DNA of 64,000 nt from Octopus vulgaris (GCA_951406725.2 OX597817.1:51646001-51710000), one strand, 5' to 3'; counted from the stretch's first letter, positions 25,534 through 40,491 are shown. Notes: a model not told the origin generated them from the letters alone. Translations and numbers: made by a program.

Positions 25534-25546
25534 GTGTGTATATATA

Positions 25547-25583
<37 letters not shown>

Positions 25584-25794
25584 AGCTTTCATTCCCTTCG
25601 AAATTGCTCTTAACTGTGCTTTGGACTTTGTTTCTTCTAGAATGTAAGGCGCCCTGTTACGGTCACCTCTTTTGTGTTTAAATGTACATTAATTTTTTAT
25701 ATGAAAAATATATTGTCTATTGACTGTATTATACATGCTAGGCCAATGTTAGAAAAATTTCAGAAATTTCCCATATATATTTCTCTCTCTCCCT

Positions 25795-26718
25795 GAGGAG
25801 ACATCATTTCTCAGCGGAGAACCACTACTGTTTATGATGGCTCTCTAAGACATGGCCTCAGTCATATACTCAGCGAATCTCATCAGATATGCTGATGATA
25901 AAAATGTACCGCAGGCTGTCAACGGACCCTGGTGACATACTTAAACTGCATTAAGGCCTCAGTACAATATATAAGTGGGATGATGAAAATAACATGCGGT
26001 TCTATGCTGAGAAGTTTTAAACACTCCAATATCGGCCCACAAACAGACTGCTATTGGAATACCCAACACCAGGAGGTAGTGCAGTCCCGTCACACTTGGT
26101 GCATGACCTGGGAATCCACATTACTAAGGATGCAACATTCCATTTGCTAATTACCGGGATATCAGCATCGTGCAGATGAGTGGCTGATTGGATTCGAAGA
26201 TCATTCGGAACCAAGAAAAAGGATTCCAAGCTAACTCCTATAAAGCAGTCCAGCACCACGATACAAAGGAAATTGATTCAGTGCAAGAGATGAGCTACTG
26301 AGAGAGGCTAAACGAACTGAAGCTCTATTCCCTAGAGACAAGGCACAAAAGATATGCAGTAATATACATATGAGAGATCCTGAAACGTTTAGATCTTGAC
26401 TTTGGAATTGAAAGCTATACCAAACTGGACGTCTTCTCCATATAGAAAAAGGACCCAGAATTGTAACAGCTTGGGTTGCAAGGAATCACAACTGTTTAAC
26501 TTTCTTCCTAACAACCTGCAACACAATTTCTTTTCCTCAATATGCACTGTCCAATACCTGGATACATCTCACTTATCAAGAACTCGCTGCTCGAATGGAC
26601 CATGATACGACAAAACTTGACTTAGAAAGGATTTAGCTAATCCTATCAGGTGGTGGTATTCAGTTAAATATGGCCTTGACAAATCTTTTGTCGAAACATA
26701 TCTAAGTTATCTAAGTTA
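25795..26718 (+). mobile_element. Old degenerate CR1-type LINE
   Basis: Remnants such as (Y)ADD and SY.ERLNELKLYSLE; 3' end caggtggtggtatt..atggcc..gaaacatatctaag matches 24855-24912. Confidence 0.7.
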
Positions 26719-26944
26719 TATACACACACATACACACGGATATATATATATACACGTCGGACTTCTTCCAATTTCCGTCTGCCACATTCGCTCACGAGGC
26801 TTTGATCGGACCCAGGCTATAGAAGACCCTTGCCCAAGGTGCCACGCGGTGGAACTGAACCTGGAACCATGTGATTGGGAGGTATGCTTCTTACTACACA
26901 GTCACCCCTGCGCCTATACATATATAAATATCTATATATATATA

Positions 26945-27267
26945 TCACGTGATCACGTGACCGACCAGACCATCAGATGTTGTTACACATCGCTGGTCAC
27001 AATGCGTTCGCATTGTTTTAGCCTTCGAATGACGCCACCCCGCTGGCTAAGCGAGTAGGCCAACAGAAGAAAGAGTGGGAGAAAGAGTGGTGAAAGAGTG
27101 GTGAAAGAGTACAGCAGGGATCACCGCCCCCTGCCGGAGCCTCGTGGAGCTTTTTTTTTTCTTAGGTGTTTTCGCTCAATAAACACTCACAACGCCCGGT
27201 CTGGGAATCGAAACCGCGATCCTGCGACCGCGAGTCCGCTGCCCTAACCACTAGGCCATTGCGCCTC

Positions 27268-27268
<1 letters not shown>
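26945..27268 (-). mobile_element. SINE family C, full length
   Basis: A-box tggcctagtgg, B-box gtttcgattcc, tail (tcacgtga)2. A SINE A head lies next to it at 26755-26917. Confidence 0.9.
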
Positions 27269-27331
<63 letters not shown>

Positions 27332-27344
27332 TAGATAGGTAGAG

Positions 27345-27419
<75 letters not shown>

Positions 27420-27607
27420 GAGATAGATAGATAGATAGATAGATAGATTGATCAAGATTAATCAGCCGAAATTGCGAGGATGATCCGGTTCTTGACTGAA
27501 GATTGAAGGCTTCTTATGTCCCGTCCGTGTTTTTTGTATCGTCTTCTAAATGTTTTACGTTCTTGTCCCAGTTTGTATTTTTCTACATATAATAATATAC
27601 ATATATA

Positions 27608-27666
<59 letters not shown>

Positions 27667-27785
27667 TTATACCTCGGTTGGTCGTACAGCTATGCATTTA
27701 TATTCCACTATTTCTCTGTCTGTCTTTATGTCTCTCTCTGCTTCCCTGAATCTATTTTATTTTGCTAATTGTTTTGGCAGCACCA

Positions 27786-27846
<61 letters not shown>

Positions 27847-28273
27847 GCCATTCAGAAGAAACTCTTTGTCCTTGTCTCGACTATACAGCTCTCGTGACTC
27901 CCTTCCTCTGTCTGTAACCAAACATATTTTTCTACATTTTGTTGACAAAGCTGTTTACAAATCGTCACCGATTCTCAAAAGAAATCCGTCGGATATTTTA
28001 ATTACCGCAAGTTGACAGAAACAACTGGATGTTTTCCACACATTACAGCTTGTAACATTCTTCGGTAAACACAATGAACAGCTGAGATGATGGGTAGGAA
28101 AATACAGACAAAAAGAAGAAAATTATAGAAATACTTGCATACATATACCTATTTATACATCTGTATATCGATCTATCTATTTATCTTCCTTTCTTCTCTG
28201 TCTCACTCTCTATCCCTCCCTCTCTCACTCTCGCTTTGTATCCAAATATGTGTGTGTGTATATATATATATGT

Positions 28274-28635
28274 AGGTGCAGGCGTGGTTACGTGGTAAGT
28301 AGTTTTTTTACCAACCACATGGTTCTGGGTTCAGTCCCACTGCGTAGCACCTTGGGCTAGTGACTTCTACTATAGCATCGGGCCGACCAAAGCCTTGTGA
28401 GTGAATTTGGTAGATGGAAACCGAAATATATATGTGTGTGTGTGTGTGTGTGTATTTACGTGTCTGTGTTTGTCCCCTACCATGACTTGACAACCGATTT
28501 TGGTGTGTTTACTTCCCCATAACTTAGCAGTTCGACAAAGAACACTGACAGAATAAGTCCTGGGGTCGAATTGTTCGGCTAAAGTTGGTGCTCCAGCATA
28601 GCTGCAGTCAAATGACTGTAGCAAGAAGAAGAATA
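28274..28635 (+). mobile_element. SINE family A
   Basis: Colinear with 62379-62780. Confidence 0.85.
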
Positions 28636-29239
28636 AAAGAAGAATATATACATATATATATATGGATAGATAGATTGAGAGAGAGAATGAGTCATACATA
28701 CATACATATATACATACATGCATGCATATATTTCAAGGTGCCTGTCGAGATATGTTCGTTATTCAAGCCTACAGAACTTTAAGTTGCGTGAATCTGATTC
28801 AACCCCTTATTAAATGATAATGTTTCTCGTATTGTCTCTCATTTTGTCGTCTTGTTTTACGTGGTATATGCCATGTGAGCATAGCCAGACGATTGCATGG
28901 CGGCACCATACGTGCTATAAAATGCTACCTGAGTCGTTTTTATCGCATGAAACTTTTTTTCAGTAGTTCATAAAAATATATATTGCGTTTATTTAATAAT
29001 ATTTGTCTCTCACCACATCCGATACTTCTTTATTTACCTTACCCTCATGGAATAGCTATATATATATATATATATATTAAGTTGAAATCTACAGAAAACA
29101 AAAGACGAAGACATATGTATTAGTTTGACGCTCGGGATTGTGAGGAAGTCTTTTAGGTTTTGAGACTAACTACACTCTTCAACAGAAAGGAACAGGAGGA
29201 AATAAACACAGAGAATACAAAAAAAACTTGTAGATTTTG

Positions 29240-29290
<51 letters not shown>

Positions 29291-29394
29291 TACACATATA
29301 TCTATATATAATGCATGCATATATATATATATATATATATGTGTGTGTCTGTGTGTATGAATTGATTAGACGGAGATTGTGTGGAAGACTGTCT

Positions 29395-29428
<34 letters not shown>

Positions 29429-29672
29429 TGTATGTATACATATCATTTATATATATATATGTGCATATATATATATATGTGTGCATATATATATAATTGT
29501 ATACATATATATATATACAACTTATAAGTAAGGGCTAAAGAAAATTCTTTCAAAGCCAATATGCTGATAACAGACTATTAAATCGTCAATTTCTTCATAT
29601 AATCTACTCGCCACAAAAATCGAAGAACTGAAGTCGGGCAAGCTAGCCGCTAGAATCTTTAAAATTCATTAT

Positions 29673-29732
29673 CTCTATATTGAATCAATTTCGGAATTAA
29701 TCTCATAAAAGACTTATTCCACTTCAGTAGAG
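29673..29732 (-). ncRNA. Hammerhead-like motif (A9U) within a TA-flanked repeat 29516-29895
   Basis: ctcta-CTGAAGT-ggaa..ttcc-GAAA-ttga-t-tca-ATA-tagag; all three stems pair. Confidence 0.6.
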
Positions 29733-29892
29733 CTTACGAGAGAATATAAATAAGATACTTACATGCGCCCATGGAAAAAGCCAAAGCAAAAAACATGAGT
29801 ACGTTTAAGTACCCCAGTTATATCTAAAAATAAAAATTTTTTGGTCAGCCTCAGTACAACGTGTGGACTGTTCGCCACTACAGGTTATAGTA

Positions 29893-29958
<66 letters not shown>

Positions 29959-30413
29959 ATATATATACAATTACATATATATGAATAAATATGACAGTCT
30001 CTCGCACAGTCTCTGTCTACCAAATTCACTCACAATGAAATGGTGGGTGTAAAGGCTGTTGTGGAAAACACATCAACCAGATGCCTCGCAGTGGGAACGA
30101 ACCCGAAGCCAGATGTTTGCAAAGCGAGCTACATCTGTATCACCAAGCCATATCTGCATCACTATATAGATCGCTTCTTAATTAGATTCTCCATTTTAGC
30201 TCTCTCAATACGCACACATTTCTTTTCATCCCTATATATTTTCTTATTGGCCTTCATCATAAATAACAAATTGACTTTGCGGCCATTGTTCTGGCGTGGA
30301 ATGTGGTATTATCCGGTGCTTTGTTCGGTTTGTTCCCCCTGCAGGCTCCCGGGGAATATCTCTTTATTGCGGAAACTGGAAATTATCAGTACCGTTACTA
30401 TCTGCTTTAGCAC

Positions 30414-30474
<61 letters not shown>

Positions 30475-30599
30475 CTCTCTCTCCGGCAGTGCTGTTGTTG
30501 TTGTTGTTGCTGTATATTCTCGTTGTTTACGGTTCTCATTACGTTCCAGACAGAGTGTTTCAATTACTGAGGATAATTCCTGGAAATATTAACAACACG

Positions 30600-31105
30600 G
30601 AGAGGACGACGACGACGACGATAGGGAAAACGAAGATGACGGTGATAATAATGAGGTTAATGAGGATGAAGTTGTTGATGGTGGTGGTGGTGGTGGTGGT
30701 GGTATTATATGGTGATTAAGGTGGAGATGGACGTGGTGTTGGTGGTACCGGTGGTGGTGGTGGTGATGATGGTAGTGGTGGTGGAATGGTGGTGAAGGTG
30801 ATCGTGGTATTTTTGCCTATGTTACTGATTTTGGCGGCGATGGTGGTGGTAGTGGTGGTGGTAGTGATGATGGTAATGGTGGTATGGTGGTGGTGGTAGT
30901 GACGGTGATGAGCGTGGTGATGATGGTGGTGGTAATATGGTGGTGATGGTAGCAGTAAAGGTAGATTTGGTAGTGGTGATGGTAGTGGTGGTGGTGGTAA
31001 CGGTGGTGATGATCTTGATAGTGGTGGTAGTGGTGGTGTTGGCGGCGAGAATGATGTTGACCACAACGAAGATGGTGTCGATGATGACGATGATAATGGT
31101 GATGA
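30600..31105. repeat. (GGT)/(GAT) degenerate trinucleotide low-complexity tract
   Basis: Direct reading. Confidence 0.9.
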
Positions 31106-31650
31106 GATTCATTTTCCTCCTCTTGTCATCCTTCCCCACAGCAACACTGACACGAAAGACGAAAGAAAATAACAAAATGAAAAGAACAAAACACGGATTT
31201 CCTTCATCGATTGGAATGAATTTCACATCGAATGGTGACGTGGGGAGGTGGATGGGAGAGTGGATTGGAGAAGAAGAAGGAGAAGAAGAAGAAGAGGGAA
31301 AATTTACATAAGACTGGAAGATGAAACGGACCAATAGATGAATGAACTGTATGTAATAAACATCCAACATAAAGATACGGTGCAGTGGACGCACACACAC
31401 ATAAACACACACACATAGATACATACAGTCACACATATACAGGCGCATATGTATACGTGCACATAAAAACATTCACACATATACATGCCTATATATATAT
31501 ATATATCTTTTACTTGTTTCAGTCATTAGACTGCGGCCATGCTGGTGCACCGAAATGAAACGTTTTAGTCGCACGAATCGACTCCAGTATTTTCTTAAGC
31601 CTTGTACTTCTTCAACACGCGCGCGCGTGAATATATATGTGTGTGTGTGC

Positions 31651-31720
<70 letters not shown>

Positions 31721-31759
31721 GTGTGTGTGTGTGCGTATATATATATATACACACACATA

Positions 31760-32708
31760 CTAGCAGTCGTACCCGGTAATTCCCGGGAAAGCGGGGCTTA
31801 TCTCTTAGTTTCGTTCTCATAATTGTTTCGCTAATCCAGTAACAACAATACAAAGTATGTAGCCCTTAAAATGGCTTTTGTGCATTTACAGAGAAAACTG
31901 AACTGTCTTAGACAGGATCTTGTTTTTAAGAAATTCCCAATAAGTTATGAATACCCAAATTGTGAAGTCAGTTGTGTAATAACAAGAAATTAGTTACCCG
32001 ATAGTAAAAATTCAAATAAAGTAGCCCCGAAAAGGGATTTAATGCGTTCCCAGAATATATAGAACATAGGAGGAAATACTAATAAGTTATGTATACTAAA
32101 ATCGTGAAACATGCTACGTAATAACAGGCTAATCGTATATGAGATTATAATTCAAAGTAAATAACTCTGGAAAGGGCTTTGGAGCGTTCCCAGAGAATAT
32201 TACCCTCAGGAAGCTAGTGTTGGTATATTAATGAATAAGTCACTCACCGAAATAAGTGGATCTATTGTTTAGGAAAATGCTTTTTATTTATTTAAGAGTT
32301 GTACTGCATAAATTGCGAAAAGAACTCTAACAGTTCGAATAGTAAGAAATAAGCATACTCAATTTCATTTTTACCAAATAATTTAGGACAGAATTTCCCA
32401 CATATGTAGTAGATATATATATAAATCACTGAAATAAAACCTGAGGCCTTGGAAATCCCTGGTTTTGCCAATTTTCCTGTCACACCGTCTAAAGTCTTCT
32501 TGGGCCAATAGGTGTGGGTAGTGTAGTGCAAGCTACGCCTGCTGAAAATTATTCATCTGCATAGGTACTTCCTGTACACCAAATCTTAGTAAAATCATTG
32601 AATATATTATAATAAAGGATAAAAACTATTGATGATTTTACAAAGGGTTCAGCGCGGAAATAAAATCCTTATAGGTGAATTTTACAAATATTATTATAAT
32701 TATATAGA
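31760..32708 (-). mobile_element. Non-autonomous Helitron
   Basis: On the - strand: A|TCtatata start at 32708, 3' hairpin cccgg..ccggg (31772-31787), then CTAG|T at 31760; internal ~140-160-bp diverged repeats. Confidence 0.75.
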
Positions 32709-32787
32709 TAATAATAAAAAGGGATTGGCTATAAGCCTCTCCTGGAGTTTTTAGATTATTAGAATATTATTAGAATATATATATATA

Positions 32788-32952
32788 GGGAGAGTTTACG
32801 AAAAAAACAAAAGACGAAGACAGGTGGTGTACAAAACAAACAGATGTATTAGTATAACGCTCATGAATAGAAAAAGTCTTTTACGTTTCGAGCCTACGCT
32901 CTTCTACAGAAATGGACACAGTAAAACAAGGAGAGAAAAAATATATGTGGTG
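32788..32952 (-). mobile_element. Family D short TA-associated repeat with HHR-like motif (A6U)
   Basis: Copies at 57714-57900, 29078-29240 and 40646-40682. Motif 32878-32912: ttt-CTGTAGA-a-gagc-gtag-gctc-GAAA-c-GTA-aaa. Confidence 0.7.
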
Positions 32953-33725
32953 GCTTTCTTTCTCTGTCTACCAAATACACTCGCAAGGCTTTCGTCAGTG
33001 GAACTGAACTCAGAACCATGTAGTTACAAAGCAAATTTCTTACCGTGATATCAGAGAAATTTGTTAGTCACTTGAACGACTGAGACTATTTGGAAAAGTT
33101 TAAGGAATTGTAGAAACACCAGATAAGCTTAAAGCACTAATGAGCAACCTCTAGCGCCAAAGGGATCCACATAAGACATGTTTCCTCATCGGGCGGACTG
33201 TCCCACTAGGAATTTCAAGGTAATATTTCGTTGGTGTGACATTCAGAAAGTCCCGTAGGCTGCAGCTTTTTCTGTTACTGGTTTAGCGGAATAAATGAAC
33301 TAGAGCAAAAACCATGGCTACGTCTGCTCAGATGATCGAGATATGAGCTGCTATGGATCACACAATCCCAAAATGTGCGTGCAAGTGACCGAGTACATGT
33401 GAGTTTGTAGTCCCACTGAAACACCGAACATGAATTCTACACCGCAACAGCGAATGACGTCAAGGTATCCTTTACAGGCTCGACTGCGGCCGACCCTAAT
33501 GAGGGACGAGATGAACTATTTACTCGGAGCCGACTGGACCCATCGGGTGAATCCCGCTCCAAGTACAAGTACCAGAGCAAAAGAAATAACGGCAAGTCTT
33601 TGTTACGGATATCCAAAGAATAACTCCTATTTTCGTACAAACACCAACTTGAACAAAGCAGCTAAAATATAGTTTAGATTAGACAAAAGAGTTAGACTTG
33701 AAAAGGGCGACGTTTATCGTTATAT

Positions 33726-33774
<49 letters not shown>

Positions 33775-34013
33775 CAAAGCCAGTGCACAGCAATGAATCT
33801 CTGACTTTGAATCTCTTTAACAATTCCAAATAATGAATATAATTCCTCTTAATTCTACCTCAGTTCGTCTAATTGTATTTATTTATCGCTACTTTTCATA
33901 AAAATAGCCTTTATTTTTTTATATTCAATGTGCATTTACACTATTTTTACTTTTTACTTTGCCCATATCTTTTCCACGTATAGTTTTATTTTATTTTTGA
34001 AACCTATTTCTAT

Positions 34014-34070
<57 letters not shown>

Positions 34071-34399
34071 GTATGTATGTATATATATATATATATGTAT
34101 GTATATATATATATATGTATGTATATATATAGATATGTATGTATGTATATATATATGTATATATATATATGTATATGTATGTATATGTATGTATGTATAT
34201 ATATATATATGTATGTATATATATATATATATGTATGTATATATATATATATGTATGTATATATATATATATGTATGTATGTATATATATATGTATATAT
34301 ATATATATATATGTATGTATATATATATATATATGTATATGTATGTATATATATATATGTGTATATATATATGTGTGTATATATATATGTGTATATATA

Positions 34400-34457
<58 letters not shown>

Positions 34458-34491
34458 GATATATATAGACAGATAGATATATATACATATA

Positions 34492-34561
<70 letters not shown>

Positions 34562-35417
34562 TGTATGTAAGTATGTATATAACTGCTGTCATATGCTTTC
34601 TGTGTTGTTAGTTTCTGGGCATTTCAATACAAAATCTATTTAGGCGATGTGACAACAATAGAATATAATCACTGAACAGGCAATAGAAAACTATTGGTAT
34701 GAATATCGTTTTGTTTTATTCTATTCAAACGCCTGTCTACGTCTGTTTTCCTACGTGTATATGTGTGTATGTATGCGTGTGTGTGTGTCTTATATACGAT
34801 TGGCATCGTCGTTCGTTTCGTGTCGTATTGTATTGTGCTAATCAAAAGACCGCGCTGCTGTCCTTAAACAGCTTTGATCAGCTTATAGACAAAGCTACCA
34901 CAATTTGCATAACAATAACGTTATTACCGTGTCGTTCTTTCAAAGCCAAACGTCCAACATTGTATTTTTCTTTATCGCAAGTGACCCTCGCTAGTTGTCG
35001 TTTTACTGGTCAATGTTGTCAGCAACATAAATAGTTCTTTACTTTATCAACGGTATTGCATCTCCCGGTAGCGTTCAGGCGCAACACTCTTGTTCACTCT
35101 TTCGCTTCTTCTCGGATCATTTTGTGGTCTGCCATTTTGTGGTCTAGCAATTTCTTCCAGTATTGTAGATTGCTGTTCTCTACTTTGAAGAATGCAATCT
35201 CGTTTTTCGCAAATAGATAGATTACGATTTTTAAAAAAGATTGTTATTCGTTATACATACATATATGCATACATATATACATATATACACATACATATGT
35301 ATATATTATATATATATATATACATATATATATTTATATATTATATATATACATAAATATATACATATACATATATATATATATATGTTAGCTATACGAG
35401 TCGGATTTGTTTCCTGC

Positions 35418-35467
<50 letters not shown>

Positions 35468-36438
35468 TCAGAGAAAGTGTGTAGCACATTTAACGACCAC
35501 ATTCAGTCACACGGGACAATCACTCTACAGGCAGGAAACAAGTCCGACTCGTATAGCTAACAGCCATTGCAAACCAATATTAATGACGTACAATGTCGTA
35601 CCTTTTGTTCCAGATTCACAATAAAAGATTCATATTTCCTGCCATTAAAGCTGTCGTATCCTTTACTGAAACTTCATTTCCTTTACTTTTCGTTGCCATA
35701 TTTCTCTCAATGTAAACGACTAGACGAAAATTACTCTGCAGTTTAAATCATATATTTCATCATTTTTAAAGAATTCTTTCCAAATACTTATATCTATACC
35801 CCTATCTATATGTGTATATATGTATGTGCATGTGTGTGTGTGTGCATGTTTGTGACTGTATGTATGTGTATACATGTATAGAGCCAGAAAATATTTCGCC
35901 ACCATCCCAACGCATGCTTAAATTCAATACATTACTGCATCCATGTACAGACCGTTGCTGCTCTTACGAATATATACACAAGTATGTTTGTAAAAGTGTA
36001 ATCATCATTTTGTGTGTGTCTGTGCTCGGGTTGTCTTTACACAGTGGCTATCCGGAATCCCGCCTTCACCGTGAACAAGAATTAATCTTCTCTCTTCGCT
36101 CCTTTACGCTACGTGGACTCAACTCCTCTCCCTTCTTTATCTGAATCCCCTATCTCCTCTCTTGCTTTCACACCTACTCCCTCTCTTCACTCCTACCTAC
36201 CTTCTCTCTTCATTGATACCCCCTCCATCCACCACCCACCCCCATACATCCACTTACACATACCCCATTCGTACCCTACACCTCCACCCCCACATGCTTA
36301 CACTCACACCCCACCCTCACGTTCCACACCTGCACCACCACACACCACTGCACACACAATAGCACTAAACACTTCCCAGCTCCCACACAACACACCATCA
36401 TCTACACCCCCACCACACCATCTGCATCCCCACCCGCT

Positions 36439-36479
<41 letters not shown>

Positions 36480-37125
36480 GATGGCTTCTTTCACTATCTG
36501 TGTACTAAATCCACTAACCGCAAGGCTTTGGTCAGCCAGGGCTATAGTAGAGACACTTGCCCAGGGTGCCACGCAGTGGGACTGAACCCGGAACCATGTT
36601 GTTGAGAAGCATACTTCTTACCACACAACTACACCTGCGCCATTTTTAACTTCCTATTTCTAAGTCCTACTCATTCTAAGTGATATCGATTTTTGTCGCT
36701 GCATATAACATATTTTGATATATTTTATCAATTTGCCATATCAATATTTCTTCCGTTCCTTTACAGACTTTCTCCCTAAATGCCAGTACTTCATACTTTA
36801 ATAGGCTACGTCAGACTTTAATGTATTGTTTAACTATCTCAACAATTTTCTTGTTTATCATCACGAAAAGCTATATTAACATTATTGAACTGCTTTCAAA
36901 CAACTATATTTTCTTTAGAAATTGCTTCTAAATTACAAATATTATTACAAAATACAAATAAGATTATTCTTTATTTTTCTAAAGTTTGTCTTTCGCTTCC
37001 AATGTTTGCTTTTTGTCCAGGACTATTTATTTAACATCATATATTTTTTATTCCTTTTTAATATGGCATTTTATTTGTCATATCTTTTTACAAAGTTTCT
37101 TTGGTTATCTCTGTTTATTTGTGTG

Positions 37126-37205
<80 letters not shown>

Positions 37206-37638
37206 TTTTCATTGATTTCAGTTCTGCATCAGGTTATTGTTCGTGCTGCGGCATAGTTTACAATATTTTTATCAATTATATTAATCGAGTTTGTTTTATT
37301 TATTACTTTTAACGTACCCTTAGCATTCTTAGCCACTATTCCATTTACATACTGTCTGATCTATGACCTGGCTCCTTGACTGCCTCAAGTCAGTTTTAAT
37401 TGGTATATATTTGAACTGTTTTAGTTGAAATACTAATATTTCACATCGTCTACGCCTTCACGTTCATTTCCTTAGACTGACATTTCACCGTAATTCGCAC
37501 TATTTGACATTTCTTTACTTTATACACATTACATCCGATCCACGGTTATTGAGATTATGTCGAGTCCTAATGTCATCAAACAATAGCTTTTTAAAATACA
37601 TCATCATCATCATGATTATTATTATTATTATTATTATT

Positions 37639-37869
37639 AGGCGGCGAGCTGGCAGAAACGTTAGCGCGCCGGCGAAATGCGTAGCCGTATTTCGTCTGCC
37701 GTTACGTTCTGAGTTCAAATTCTGCCGAGGTCGACTTTGCCTTTCATCCTTTCGGGGTCGATAAATAAAGTTGCAGTTACGCACTGGGTCGATGTCATCG
37801 ACTTAATCGCTTTGTCTGTCCTTGTTTGTCCCCTCTGTGTTTAGCCCCCTTGTGGGCAATAAAGAAATA
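37639..37869 (+). mobile_element. SINE family B monomer
   Basis: Full unit following (ATT)n. Other copies at 42445-42667, 59720-59930 and 38690-38760 (-). Confidence 0.9.
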
Positions 37870-38062
37870 AATTTTCGTTAATATTATTATTATTATTTTA
37901 TTGCATTTGTATTTATATTTATATATTTATTTTCAATATCGTTATTTATGAATGCATTCTTAAATTCTTAAATGCCCTATCGCAATTTCCAAAGTATTAT
38001 CTTGTTTTATCTTCTGGTGGACCATGCAATTATTTGCATGATATATACGCATGTATGTATGC

Positions 38063-38113
<51 letters not shown>

Positions 38114-38771
38114 TGTGCGCGCGTATGAGTATAAATCTCCTTAGATCTATTTTTAATTCATATGTATCTGTGTGAGAGAGGGTAAGAGCGTAAATATCTA
38201 TATGAACTAAAAGTGATTTTATGGAGCACTAGCGGGCTTTGAACTCAGGATCGAGAGGTATAAAGCGAAATGCTGTGAGGATTTTAGTTCGAGGCTTTAT
38301 CGTTTCCAACAACTCCATAGCTTTTATATTCAATAGTAGCATTGTATCTCTTTTACATCAATTTATATATCAGCATTTTTTTTTGTTTTACTCAAATTGA
38401 AAAGGCTTGTACCGTATTGTTTCTTGGGAGACTTAAGGGAACCAACCGAGATTTCTGAATTTCTATCTAAATGCACGGTTATTTTAAAATCTGGTTATAC
38501 CAGACGTCTTTCGGCTTGCGTTTTCTTTCGTATTTATTCCTATACCGAAACCATTTCTCAAAGAATCACAGTTAGCCAGGTTGAGAGGACAAATGAAAAC
38601 TGGAATCCAAGAATACTATCGTTAGTCAACTTATAAATTTACATCATGCCAATAGGCCCGTGATGTCGCTTCTCTGGATTTTCAGCACATACAAACCCCA
38701 TATTGAATGGAACGCCATTACGTCATCCAGCGTTCTAACGATTTTGCCACCTCGCCGCCTTAATAATAATG

Positions 38772-38823
<52 letters not shown>

Positions 38824-38961
38824 TAATAATAATAATAATATTTCGGTAATAATTTGCTGGTAAAGTGAAGATGAAACAATTGTAGTATTATGCAATGAAG
38901 TTTGTTCGCTCAGCCCATTCATTTTTGTTTACGTTTTTAGACACGCACACGCGTACACGCA

Positions 38962-39137
<176 letters not shown>

Positions 39138-40310
39138 CTACCCCAGACTTATGACGAGCATTGACTAAGAAACTAGACTCTGAGTGCTGGCTTTGCTGGG
39201 TGGAGGTGCAAATCTTCCCCTTTGTAAACATAAGGAGACAGGAAATGTGTCAAGTCTGACAGGAAGCGGTGCTTCCTAGGGCTAAATAGCAGTAGTATCA
39301 TTCCCTTTCATGGGACTGTCACATTAAGTTGACAACATACCACAACTATATATATATATATATATAATTTTATTGATATACGCATGGTATGTACATAAGT
39401 ATGTATATGAAAAAACAACAAAACAAGCACAAACCATGAGTTCTGATTTTGATTGAAAAATCGATTGGGTGAGAATTATAACCAACCCATCAATACATCT
39501 CCACCAATGTCTGACGACTAATCTTTCAACAATGACAAACTAATACAGCAACAAAAGAAATTCGATATAGCAGAACTTATTAAAACATGTTGTGTTGTTT
39601 GACAATGATGAGTAAGTTACTGCTAACAAAATTACGAGAGTAATTACAGTCATTATAATAATAATCACATTAGAAGAAAAAAAGCCGTTTAGAAAACAAA
39701 CACAGCGATAAAACCGTTCGAAAAGACAGACAACATTAACCTCGGAATATTAAAAAGAAGCTTATGGATACAACAAATAAGAAAATTTCAATATTATGTT
39801 GATTTGCTTTCAGACGACATAAATACGACAAAATACGACAATGTCAAAAGACAGACATACGCCATTGTAGTATAAATATGACATATTCTAAATATAAAGA
39901 TTTACCTTATAAAGGCCAAAAAAGGATATTGACATAGTTTTGCAAGTTATAAATACCCGAAATATGAAGCAGTATGTGTATTATATGAAAGTGAATAGTC
40001 TTAATCGACGTATCAGTGTTGTCTACATCATTTGATCAATTCCAGAGAACAACGAAACAATCTGTTTATATACAGATCCAATTCCTGGAGTTCCTACTTT
40101 GCATATTATATGTGTTTAAATCTTTCATCTCAGAACTCCATGACCGGGAACCCCATCCACAAATATCGCAGTATGATGTTTTTCAACCTACCGTGTATAA
40201 AGAACTTTTTGTAAAAGTTCCTACCGATAATGGTTATATTTCCATACCGAAACTACTCGGTAATTATTGTTAATTTTTGAAATGAATAGTTATTTACCCT
40301 TATATTATTA

Positions 40311-40354
<44 letters not shown>

Positions 40355-40491
40355 AGGCGTAGCTCAGTGGTAAGAGGCTTGCTTCCAAACTACATGGTTC
40401 TGGTTTCTGGGCAACTGACTTCTACTATAGCCTCGAACTGACCAAAGCCTTGTGAGTTGATTTCGTAGGTGGAAACTGAAAGAACCCCGTC

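Noticed and set aside
27195-27268. tRNA genes (also 5862, 11263, 62379)
   Set aside because: These are SINE heads: A/B boxes present but no proper cloverleaf, and they run into repeat bodies.
30716-31472. Pro/His/Thr-rich ORFs suggesting a mucin or extensin exon
   Set aside because: Degenerate (GGT)n low-complexity tract open in several frames, with no splice support.
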